Source: Candidatus Multivorans sp.
GTDB lineage: Bacteria; Acidobacteriota; Thermoanaerobaculia; Multivoradales; Multivoraceae
Direction of reading: 5' to 3'
NCBI GenBank assembly: GCA_965224025.1
Contig: OZ245033.1
Span: forward strand, 1,888,001-1,952,000
DNA length: 64,000 nt
Position numbers and translations under genes: made by a program. Below are positions 26,865-34,812 of the stretch, in pieces (position 1 is the first letter of the stretch; the number at the start of each line of letters is the position of its first letter). The notes under the pieces are model-generated. The model saw only the letters and a program-made list of their open reading frames with translations. It searched no databases and was not told the origin of the DNA.

Positions 26865-29168
26865 ATGAGTTCCAACCATGTACCGGGCGACGTGCGACTG
26901 CGGAGCGTCGTGGCGGCTGCCGCGATCCTGGGGCTCCTGGCCTCGGGCGCGGTTCTCGGCCAGTCCGGCCCGCTGATCGAACCCGTCACCGACGCCGAAC
27001 TCGCCGCCACGCCCGACGGCGACTGGTTGAGCTTCCGCGGCAACCTCGCCGCCTGGGCCTATACGGCGCTCGACGCGGTGAACACGGAGACCGTTGGGCA
27101 ACTCGACTTCGCCTGGGCGGCCCCGATGGAGGCCGGCCCCAACGAGGCGACGCCCCTGGTGCGCGGCGGCATCGTCTATCTACCGCAGACGGGCGACGTG
27201 ATCCACGCCCTCGACGCGCGCACCGGCGACCTGATCTGGGAGTACCGCCGTGAACACAACTACCTGGATCCCGAGGGTGCGGACCCGGAACGGCGCTTCG
27301 GCCAGGGTCTGGGGAGGATCACCCGCAACATCGCGATCTGGCAGGACGGCCTGTTCGTGGCCACGATGGACGCCTTCATCATCCGCCTGGACGCGAACAC
27401 CGGCGAGCTGGTGTGGGAAACCCGGGTCGGCGACAGCCGCATGGCCCACTCCTCCGGCCCGATCATCGCGAACGGCAAGGTGATCAGCGGCCGCTCCTGC
27501 AGCATGTCCGTGCACGGCGGATGCTTCCTGGCGGCCCACGACGCGGAGGACGGCCGCGAACTGTGGCGCTTCTACACGATCCCGAGGCCCGGCGAACCCG
27601 GCGACGAGACCTGGGGCGGTCTGCCGCTCGAGCGCCGCTACCACGTCGGCGCCTGGCACGTCGGCTCCTACGATCCCGAACTCGACCTCATCTACTGGGG
27701 CACGTCGGTGCCCGCGCCCTCGCCTGAGGTCCTCCGAGGCAGCGGTTCCGGCTCCCTGCTCTACTCGAACAGCACCCTGGCGCTTCGCCCCGACACCGGC
27801 GAGCTGGCGTGGTACTTCCAGCATCTTCCCCGAGACAACTGGGATCTGGACCATCCGTTCGAGCGCATCCTGGTCGATCTCGAGATGGAACCGGACGAGG
27901 AAGCAGCCTGGTCCATCAATCCGGCGCTCGAACGGGGCGAGCGGCGCCCGGTGATGACCGGCTTCCCCGGCAAGACCGCCATTCTCTGGACCCTGGACCG
28001 CGAGACCGGCGAGTTCCTGTGGGCGCGCGAGACCGTCTTCCAGAACGTGATCACGCACATCGATCCGGACACCGGCGCGGTCACGGTCAACGAGGAGGTC
28101 ATCCCGAAAGCCCGCGACGAGGAGTACGGCGTCGTCTGCCCGGCGGCGAGCGGCGGCAAGGACTGGCCCACCGCGGCCTACAGCCCGCTCACCGAGGCGG
28201 TCTACGCGCCCTTGCAGGACGTCTGCATGTCGCCGATCATCACCGGCACCGGCGAGGGACCGCCCCAAGGTTACGGCATCAACTTCCGGATGCAGTTGGC
28301 GCCGGGCAAGGCGACGGTTGGCCGCCTGGACGCGGTGTCCGCGCGCACGGCTGAGTCCCTGTGGCGATTCGAGGAGCCGGCCGGGATGATGTCGGTCATG
28401 ACCACCGGCGGCGGACTCGTCTTCGCCGGCAACACGAACCGCCGCTTCCGCGCCTGGGATGCTCGCACCGGCGATGTGCTCTGGGAGACGGTGCTCGGCG
28501 GGCCCGTCACCGGCTTTCCCGTGAGCTTCGCGGTGGACGGCGAGCAATATGTGGCCGTTCCCGCGGGCGGCGGCGATCTGCTGAGCGGCGCCTTCAATCG
28601 CTACGCCAACCTGACGGTCCGCTCCGGCTCGAACATGCTCTACGCATTCAAGCTCTCCGACACCGCCGGACGCGGTCCGATCGAACAGCCGGTAGTCGCT
28701 GACGCGGCCGCGGCCGAACCCGGGTGGCGCCCCGCGCCACCCGCGAACCAGTCCGCGCGCCCGTCATCGGGCGCGCGGATGGCACCGCCGCCGATGATCA
28801 TGATCGACGCTCCGCTGCTTGAGACATCGGCCCCCTGTGCGACCTTCTCCGCCGAGCAGGCCGAGCGCGGTGCAACCCTCTACCAGGAACAGTGCACCGA
28901 GTGTCACGGGCCCACGCTGCGCGGCGGCGCCCAGGGTGCGGCTCTAGCCGGCCGCAGCTTCACGAGCTACTGGTCGAACCGCGCCGCGAGCAGCCTCTAC
29001 CGGACGATCCGCGAGACGATGCCCCAGGGCAAGGAAGGGACGATCGGCCCCGCGGCCTCGGGCGACCTGGTCGCTTTCCTTCTGCGCGAGAACGGCGCTG
29101 AGGCCACCGGCGAACTCGGCACCGACGTCGAAGCGCTATACGGCCAGCGCACCTGCTTCCGGCAGTAG
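26865..29168 (+). CDS. PQQ-dependent dehydrogenase with C-terminal cytochrome c domain
   Basis: Signal peptide; EATPLV; repeated ALDARTG/W beta-propeller motifs; YDPELDLIYWGT; DNWDLD; GEQYVAV; CTECH heme motif followed by MP. Confidence 0.9.
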   Translation: MSSNHVPGDVRLRSVVAAAAILGLLASGAVLGQSGPLIEPVTDAELAATPDGDWLSFRGNLAAWAYTALDAVNTETVGQLDFAWAAPMEAGPNEATPLVRGGIVYLPQTGDVIHALDARTGDLIWEYRREHNYLDPEGADPERRFGQGLGRITRNIAIWQDGLFVATMDAFIIRLDANTGELVWETRVGDSRMAHSSGPIIANGKVISGRSCSMSVHGGCFLAAHDAEDGRELWRFYTIPRPGEPGDETWGGLPLERRYHVGAWHVGSYDPELDLIYWGTSVPAPSPEVLRGSGSGSLLYSNSTLALRPDTGELAWYFQHLPRDNWDLDHPFERILVDLEMEPDEEAAWSINPALERGERRPVMTGFPGKTAILWTLDRETGEFLWARETVFQNVITHIDPDTGAVTVNEEVIPKARDEEYGVVCPAASGGKDWPTAAYSPLTEAVYAPLQDVCMSPIITGTGEGPPQGYGINFRMQLAPGKATVGRLDAVSARTAESLWRFEEPAGMMSVMTTGGGLVFAGNTNRRFRAWDARTGDVLWETVLGGPVTGFPVSFAVDGEQYVAVPAGGGDLLSGAFNRYANLTVRSGSNMLYAFKLSDTAGRGPIEQPVVADAAAAEPGWRPAPPANQSARPSSGARMAPPPMIMIDAPLLETSAPCATFSAEQAERGATLYQEQCTECHGPTLRGGAQGAALAGRSFTSYWSNRAASSLYRTIRETMPQGKEGTIGPAASGDLVAFLLRENGAEATGELGTDVEALYGQRTCFRQ

Positions 29169-29242
29169 CCCTTGGGAACCCGTGTGGCGCGATCCGCGCC
29201 ATCCGCGAACCACTCCGCGCCCCCGTCATCCGGCGCGCGGAT
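28716..29242 (+). repeat. ~65-bp imperfect direct repeat with twin hairpins (copies 28716-28780 and 29176-29242)
   Basis: GAACCCGGGTGGCGCCCCGCGCCACCCGCGAACCAGTCCGCGCGCCCGTCATCGGGCGCGCGGAT vs GAACCCGTGTGGCGCGATCCGCGCCATCCGCGAACCACTCCGCGCCCCCGTCATCCGGCGCGCGGAT. Confidence 0.8.
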
Positions 29243-29277
29243 AGAACGCGGGCGTCTCGCCCGCATCCGCCGCATGA

Positions 29278-30384
29278 TCATCCATGATCGTGACCGGCCT
29301 CGTCATGATCGTCGTTACCGGCCTCGTCATCGCCGTCGTGACCGGCCTCGTCATCGCCGTCGTGACCGGCCTCGTCATCGCCGTCGTGACCCGCCTCGTC
29401 GTCGTCGTGACCCGCCTCGTCATCGCCGTCGTGACCCGCCTCGTCGTCGTCGTGGCCAGCCTCGTCATGGTCAGCAGGCTCTTGTTGCTCATGCCGCACG
29501 CCGTGATCGTGACCGTCATGCCCGTCGCCGGTGCGCGGATGCTGATGCCAGAGGCCGAGCACCGCCATCGTGCCGATGCCGATCAGCACGAGCGCGAACT
29601 TGAGCGACCGGTCCTTGTCCAGCTCGGGCATCGGTACGTCGTCGTCACCGATCAACGCGCTCCGCACGTAGTGCGCAATCCGGTCCCGCTCCCGGGAGAG
29701 TTCGGCATCGAGCACGTCCATCACCGCCACGTAGATGAAGGTGCCCGCCGCAATCGCGTTGAAGCTTCCCTCGAACAGGATCGCGGTTCTTCCCTCGAAG
29801 ACTTCTCCGGCGACGGTGCCCAGCACGATCCCGATCGGCGTCATGACCGAGAACAGCGCCAGGGTCTGCCACAGCGACCGGTTGCCCGCGGCGTGGGCCG
29901 TCACGATCAGGGCGAACGCGGCAGAGCCCTTGTGAAACAGGATGCCGAACATCACGACCAGTACGGCCGCGGCTTCGGGCTGAAGACCCAGGGCCATCCC
30001 CGCGATGATCGAGTGCACCGACAGCACGACGAGCAGGACGAAGGCGTAGAAGGGCGGTCTCGTCGGCTCTCCCTCCTCGCCGAGCCTCGAGTTGCGGCCT
30101 TCCAGGACGACCCGGTCGATCAGGAGCAGCAGGCCGACCCCCAGAGCCGCGAGCAGGGGCGCCAGGGGATAGTCGACCACTCCCCGGAGCGCTTCATCGG
30201 CTTCGGGCAGCAGGTGAACGAACCCAACGCCGAGGAAGATGCCCCCCGCGAGCGCATTCCCCAACGAAAGGTACCGGCGGCTCGCCCGCTGCTTCGCGAC
30301 CAGGATGGGAATCATGCCGCCGACCACGCCAATCGCCATGATCGCCAGACCGGCGATGATCTTGATGGCAAGCGGGGACATCAC
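29278..30384 (-). CDS. ZIP family metal transporter with His/Asp-rich repeat tail
   Basis: GNALAGGIFLGVGFVHLLPEA, LSVHSII-G, LFHK, AAGTFIYV motifs; about 8 TM segments. Confidence 0.9.
   Translation of the reverse strand: MMSPLAIKIIAGLAIMAIGVVGGMIPILVAKQRASRRYLSLGNALAGGIFLGVGFVHLLPEADEALRGVVDYPLAPLLAALGVGLLLLIDRVVLEGRNSRLGEEGEPTRPPFYAFVLLVVLSVHSIIAGMALGLQPEAAAVLVVMFGILFHKGSAAFALIVTAHAAGNRSLWQTLALFSVMTPIGIVLGTVAGEVFEGRTAILFEGSFNAIAAGTFIYVAVMDVLDAELSRERDRIAHYVRSALIGDDDVPMPELDKDRSLKFALVLIGIGTMAVLGLWHQHPRTGDGHDGHDHGVRHEQQEPADHDEAGHDDDEAGHDGDDEAGHDDDEAGHDGDDEAGHDGDDEAGHDGDDEAGNDDHDEAGHDHG
29284..29475 (-). repeat. Coding tandem repeat, 21/24-nt units encoding (H)D(G)DDEAG x8
   Basis: Repeated TCGTGACC(G/C)GCCTCGTC(ATC)GCCG units at the ZIP C-terminus. 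Confidence 0.9.
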
Positions 30385-30412
30385 GGGGCTCCTCCTCTAT
30401 CGCGTCGGCCGC

Positions 30413-31129
30413 TCAGGATGACCCGCCCACCGCTGCGGACTTGTCGTCAGCCAGAAACGGCGGCAACAGTTCCGGCCGCGCGTAGAGGTTCGCCTGAGCG
30501 GCTCGGACGTAGGCCGGGCGGGCGTTCAACCGTTCCCGGTAGGCGGCGAGCCGCGGGCCAATCGGCTCTCGGTAGGCCACCGCCCAATCGAGGCAACTGC
30601 CAAGCAGGATGTCGACCCCGGTGAAGCGGTCGCCGAGCAGGAACTCTCTCCCGTCCGCGAACTCGAGCTCCGCCACCGCGGACTGTTTCGCGAATCCCTC
30701 CGACGCCGCCTGGATCACCGTAGGGGCTTCGCCGTACAGGTGGGCAAGATCACGGTGCTTGCGGATGATGTAGAGCGTGTGGGCGTCGAGTTCCATCATC
30801 ACGAAGAACGCCCACTGGTCGTAACGCGCCCGCGCCTCGCTGCCCGCGGCCGGCATCAGGCCGTCCGGCTCACCGTACTTCTCCGCCAGGTAGTTCACGA
30901 TCGCCGCGCTCTCCGCGAGCGTCAGATCGCCGTCCTGGAGCAGCGGGATCTTCTGCCTCGGATTGAGCCGAGTGAACTCCTCCGTCTGGGTTTCCCCCGT
31001 GCGCGGACCGATCGGCCGGTGCTCGTAGTCGAGCCCCAACTCCGCCAGCGCCCAGTGCGCGCGCAATGTCCGCGAAGTGCTGCAGCCCCAAAGCACCAAG
31101 GGTGAGGCTGCGGTCTGCTTGTCTGTCAT
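30413..31129 (-). CDS. Glutathione S-transferase family protein
   Basis: Start trimmed to MTDKQ; SRTLRAHW, NPRQKIP, ESAAI, GDRFTGVDI, ARPAY. Confidence 0.9.
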   Translation of the reverse strand: MTDKQTAASPLVLWGCSTSRTLRAHWALAELGLDYEHRPIGPRTGETQTEEFTRLNPRQKIPLLQDGDLTLAESAAIVNYLAEKYGEPDGLMPAAGSEARARYDQWAFFVMMELDAHTLYIIRKHRDLAHLYGEAPTVIQAASEGFAKQSAVAELEFADGREFLLGDRFTGVDILLGSCLDWAVAYREPIGPRLAAYRERLNARPAYVRAAQANLYARPELLPPFLADDKSAAVGGSS

Positions 31130-31277
31130 GGGGCTGACCGAGGATGTCAGAAATGCCGGTGGATGGGAACGGCGGAGCGTTGCCCAGGACCGAAGCCAGC
31201 GGCCGACGCCAGGTTGCAGGCCCGCACACACCGCATGATATCTCCCAAGACGAAACGATGATACTATTCCCGGCACA

Positions 31278-31841
31278 ATGGCGACAACGAACCCCACCTC
31301 CACCAAGTCCGGCCGCTTCCTGCTTCGGATGCCCCCCTCCCTCCACACTGCCCTCGACGGCGCGGCGCGAGCCGCCGGTCTATCTCTCAACGAGTACTGC
31401 GTTCGCCGCCTTGCTTCGGCGGGGGCCTGTCATGGCGATGCAGCCGCGCTTCTCGCCCGTGCTTCAGCAGTCGCGGGCAACGCACTGAACGCGATAGTCC
31501 TCCACGGCTCCTGGGTCCGCGGCGAGGCGACGGCGGCGTCGGATGTCGACGCGCTCATCGTTGTCGACCAAAGCGTCGACCTCAGCCGCGAGCTGTACCG
31601 CCTCTGGGACGCCGAACCGGTGACATGGCAGGGCCACCCGGTCGATCCACATTTCATCCACCCTGCCGAGGACGACACCTTCAGCGGACTCTGGGCCGAA
31701 GTGGCGGTCGATGGCCAGGTGCTCTTCGACCGCTACGGCTCGCTGGACAAGCACCTGCTCCGCGTCCGCCAAGCGATCGCGGAAGGCCGGCTCGTGCGGC
31801 ACGTCGTCCACGGCCAGCCCTACTGGACGGAGGCCGCCTGA
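31278..31841 (+). CDS. HicB-like RHH domain fused to minimal nucleotidyltransferase (MNT antitoxin)
   Basis: SGRFLLRMPPSLH...SLNEY (HicB-type RHH) plus VLHGSWVRG...SDVD (GS...DxD); stop overlaps the HEPN start. Confidence 0.82.
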   Translation: MATTNPTSTKSGRFLLRMPPSLHTALDGAARAAGLSLNEYCVRRLASAGACHGDAAALLARASAVAGNALNAIVLHGSWVRGEATAASDVDALIVVDQSVDLSRELYRLWDAEPVTWQGHPVDPHFIHPAEDDTFSGLWAEVAVDGQVLFDRYGSLDKHLLRVRQAIAEGRLVRHVVHGQPYWTEAA

Positions 31842-32248
31842 TGCGGAATCCGGCCCTGGCGGCCGATCACTTGCGTCGCGCGCAGGCCCGACTGCGCGCG
31901 CTCGACGTGCTCTACGAAGAAGAGAGCTGGGCCGACGTCGTCCGCGAGTCACAGGAGGTCGTAGAACTTGCCTTGAAGGGACTGCTGCATGCGGTCGGTG
32001 TCGACCCGCCGCGGGTGCACGACGTGGCGGATGTCCTAGAGGCGGAACGGGACCGGTTGCCGCCCGAGTTGGCGGGCGATCTGGACCGGCTCGCAGCCGC
32101 CTCCAGGAGTCTCCGCCGCGATCGCGAGCTCGCGTTCTACGGCGCGTCGGACATCGTGCCGGTCGACTTCTACAAGGAGGCGGACGCCTCCGAGGCGAGG
32201 GAGGCGGCGCGGTTCGTGGTTGCCAGCGTCACACCGAGAGTAGAGTGA
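31841..32248 (+). CDS. HEPN domain protein (toxin of an HEPN/MNT pair)
   Basis: SQEVVELALKG, PPRVHDV, RELAFYG helical HEPN pattern; TGATG coupling. Confidence 0.82.
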   Translation: MRNPALAADHLRRAQARLRALDVLYEEESWADVVRESQEVVELALKGLLHAVGVDPPRVHDVADVLEAERDRLPPELAGDLDRLAAASRSLRRDRELAFYGASDIVPVDFYKEADASEAREAARFVVASVTPRVE

Positions 32249-32274
32249 TACGGCCCTATCGCTCGGGTGCCGCC

Positions 32275-32532
32275 ATGAGTCCCAGCATCAAGAACGATGA
32301 CGCTTGTCACCGCCCAAACGAACGTCCTCGCCAAACCGGCAAGCCCAAGACCGCTACGAAGGCCGCCGTGTTACGCGAGAGGCTGAACCCAGGACGGCGA
32401 CAGAACCAGGCAGAGGCCTTGGCCCGGGGACTTCACGAGATCGGACAACGCTGCGCCCGCCTCCTCCAAGCCGGTCCGTCCGCCGTTGAGCATGGCGACT
32501 TGCTGTACGACACGCGCGGACTACCGAAGTGA
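32275..32532 (+). pseudogene. vapB: Degenerate VapB-type antitoxin (Rv0623-like)
   Basis: MSPSIKN...TGKPKT...LRERL...HGDLLYDTRGLPK keeps the family ends, but prolines disrupt the predicted helices. Confidence 0.7.
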
Positions 32533-32642
32533 TCGTCGACCCGGCCGCGACCATGGCGATTCCCCGCGGCGACGCAGACGCCCAGTGCTACGGCTTCGCT
32601 TGGAGCCGAAACCTCGCACTTCACGAATCGGCGCCTCCATGA
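32529..32642 (+). pseudogene. vapC: Truncated VapC PIN toxin remnant
   Basis: GTGA overlap with vapB; MIVDPAATMAIPRGDADA resembles MIVDTSAxxAIL and stops after 37 codons. Confidence 0.6.
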
Positions 32643-32682
32643 AGATCGAGGATTCCGAATTGCTCTGCTAACGCCGGACCAT

Positions 32683-34812
32683 TCACGGACCCGTCACGAA
32701 CGGGCTCGGCTCGCCGAAACCAAGCACCAGTAGCTCCTTCTTCGCACGCGTCGCCGCCACGTAGACGAGCGCCCGCTCCTCCGTCTCGGCCGCCGCGCGG
32801 CCTGCTTCGTCGCCGCGAGCGAAGACGGCAGCGCGCAGTGGGACGAGTCCCTTGTTCACGCTCGCGATAGCCACGCGGTCGAACTCGAGCCCCTTTACGC
32901 GGTGCATGGAGGCCAGGCGGACGCCTTCCCGCTCGCGGTCGTCGAGGTCATCGGCCTCCAGCACGAAGACGGGGAGCTCGTGCTCGCCAAAGCTCACCGC
33001 CAAGGCGTTGCGTTCTTTGTGCGTCCGGGCGACCACACATGTGCTCCTCAGCCCTTCGCCTCTTTCGCGCAACGCCTGCAGCCACTCGACAAGGGCGGCG
33101 GTCTGCTCGTCCCTCGTCTCGAAGACCCGCACCTGCGGCTCTGGCCCGAGGGTCAAAGATCTGATGCCGTGGTTGTCGTCGACGCCGCCGTCGAGATCGT
33201 CGATGCTGCAGCCGGCAAGCAGGCCGGTCGCCCAGCTCCACGTCTGCTGCGTCGTGCGGTAGTTGAGGCGGAGTTTTCGAGCGCGACCACGGATCTCGAT
33301 CCCGCACCGCCCAAGCACGACCCGGTTCCGACCGTAGATGCGCTGGTGGCCGTCCCCGACGATGAACAGGTCGTCGGCCCCAGGCGAGGCCATGCTGCGG
33401 ATGAGGCGATACGCCTGCGAGCCCATGTCCTGGGCCTCGTCGACGATTACAGTCGTGTATTCCAGTGCGGGCGGGTCGGCTTCCAGCAGTGCAGCAGCGT
33501 CCCGATACGCGTCGTCGACCTCCTTCAGACCGCGCTCCGCGAGCTGCGCGCGGTATTCCTCAAACACCCGCCACACCTTGACCCGCGCCGCGCGGTGCAA
33601 CCGCGTCCCGCGTCCGACTCGAGGCACGCGCCGATACTCCTCTTCGGTCGTCACACCGTTGGCAAGAACGACCCGCTCCCATTCGTCGCGGTAGAAGGCG
33701 TTCCCGTAGTCGAGATCCTGGGGTTTCTGGTCGAGTGCCAACTCCCACGACTCCTGATGGCGCCCGTAGATGACGCGAGACTCGTAGCGACGACCCCGCA
33801 GGAAGCCGATCACCCAGCGGTCCAGGTTTGTCACCTCGATGCGCGCCATCTCGTCCGGCGTGCAGATGGACCGCAAGTTGTTCTCGATGTCAGCGGCCAG
33901 GTTTCTGGTGAAGGTCGTGAACAGGATGCGGCCGCTGTTCGAACTCTTACGGGCGAGCCACCGCGCCCGGTGCATCGCGACCACGGTCTTGCCCGTACCT
34001 GCCCCGCCGAGAACCCTCACCGGTCCGTTCCAGTTCCGTTCGACGAGCCGGCGCTGCGACGGATGCAGGAAGACCCGCCAGCGCTCCAGGGGCGCGTTCA
34101 ACATCGCCTCCAGTTCCACTTCGTCGTCCACGACGACGAACCGGGCCTGGGAATCGGTCCGGTTCAGCGCCTTCTCGAAATCGGTGGTGTCGACCGGCTC
34201 GCGGACGGCCTCGCGCTCCAGCACAAGCCTCTCGTAGGACTCGCCAGCCAGGTACAGGAAGAGCGCCTCGTACGCTTCAACCGGCAACCGCGCCTGCATG
34301 GCGTCGAGTTCCACGTCGTCGCGCACCGCGCGCACCTCCTCCAGCATGGCGGCAGGAACGCCGAGACGCGCCAGCTGGCGATCGCGCAAGTCCTCGAAGG
34401 CCGACGGTCGGTCGGCCGCGGCCGGCGTGGCATCCTCGCCCTTCGCCCCGAGGTCAGCAGGAACAGCCGGTTGGGGCTCGTAGACCTGGAGCGCTCCCGT
34501 CTCGGCGTTGATCCGGCATTCGTGCCGCTCGGCCCAGGCGTACGCGTCGTCATGCTTGGCGGCCCACAGCAGCATGTGGACGTCGCCGCGGTCCGGCTTG
34601 AGCACGATGGCCCGATAGCCGCGGTCGATGCGCAGCGACCGCATGTGCCGGTCCCGTGCCCCGTGGATCCGCTCGTAGTTCAGTCCGCTGGCCGTCGAGT
34701 CGACGTTGAACTTCGAGATGAGCGATCGCACGCCCTTCTGCTGAGGCCGCGGCAACCGTGCGTAGGCCTCGAGAAAGTCGCTCGACATCGCCATCGTTGC
34801 AGTGCTGACCAT
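32683..34812 (-). CDS. UvrD-like SF1 helicase with N-terminal RelE-like domain
   Basis: FLHPSQ, GGAGTGKT, FTRNLA, VDEAQD, GDGHQRIY, NYRTT, MHRVKGLEF, YVAATRA; N-terminus LNYERI...SLRIDRGYRAIV is RelE-like; TGATG-coupled to the upstream helicase. Confidence 0.9.
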   Translation of the reverse strand: MVSTATMAMSSDFLEAYARLPRPQQKGVRSLISKFNVDSTASGLNYERIHGARDRHMRSLRIDRGYRAIVLKPDRGDVHMLLWAAKHDDAYAWAERHECRINAETGALQVYEPQPAVPADLGAKGEDATPAAADRPSAFEDLRDRQLARLGVPAAMLEEVRAVRDDVELDAMQARLPVEAYEALFLYLAGESYERLVLEREAVREPVDTTDFEKALNRTDSQARFVVVDDEVELEAMLNAPLERWRVFLHPSQRRLVERNWNGPVRVLGGAGTGKTVVAMHRARWLARKSSNSGRILFTTFTRNLAADIENNLRSICTPDEMARIEVTNLDRWVIGFLRGRRYESRVIYGRHQESWELALDQKPQDLDYGNAFYRDEWERVVLANGVTTEEEYRRVPRVGRGTRLHRAARVKVWRVFEEYRAQLAERGLKEVDDAYRDAAALLEADPPALEYTTVIVDEAQDMGSQAYRLIRSMASPGADDLFIVGDGHQRIYGRNRVVLGRCGIEIRGRARKLRLNYRTTQQTWSWATGLLAGCSIDDLDGGVDDNHGIRSLTLGPEPQVRVFETRDEQTAALVEWLQALRERGEGLRSTCVVARTHKERNALAVSFGEHELPVFVLEADDLDDREREGVRLASMHRVKGLEFDRVAIASVNKGLVPLRAAVFARGDEAGRAAAETEERALVYVAATRAKKELLVLGFGEPSPFVTGP

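Noticed and set aside
29284-29475. Regular repeats as a possible CRISPR array
   Set aside because: Units are contiguous, multiples of 3 nt, lack unique spacers and lie in the ZIP reading frame; no cas genes are present.
29284-30624. 446-aa plus-strand ORF with hydrophobic VTGLVIAV repeats
   Set aside because: Mirror of the ZIP His/Asp repeat on the opposite strand.
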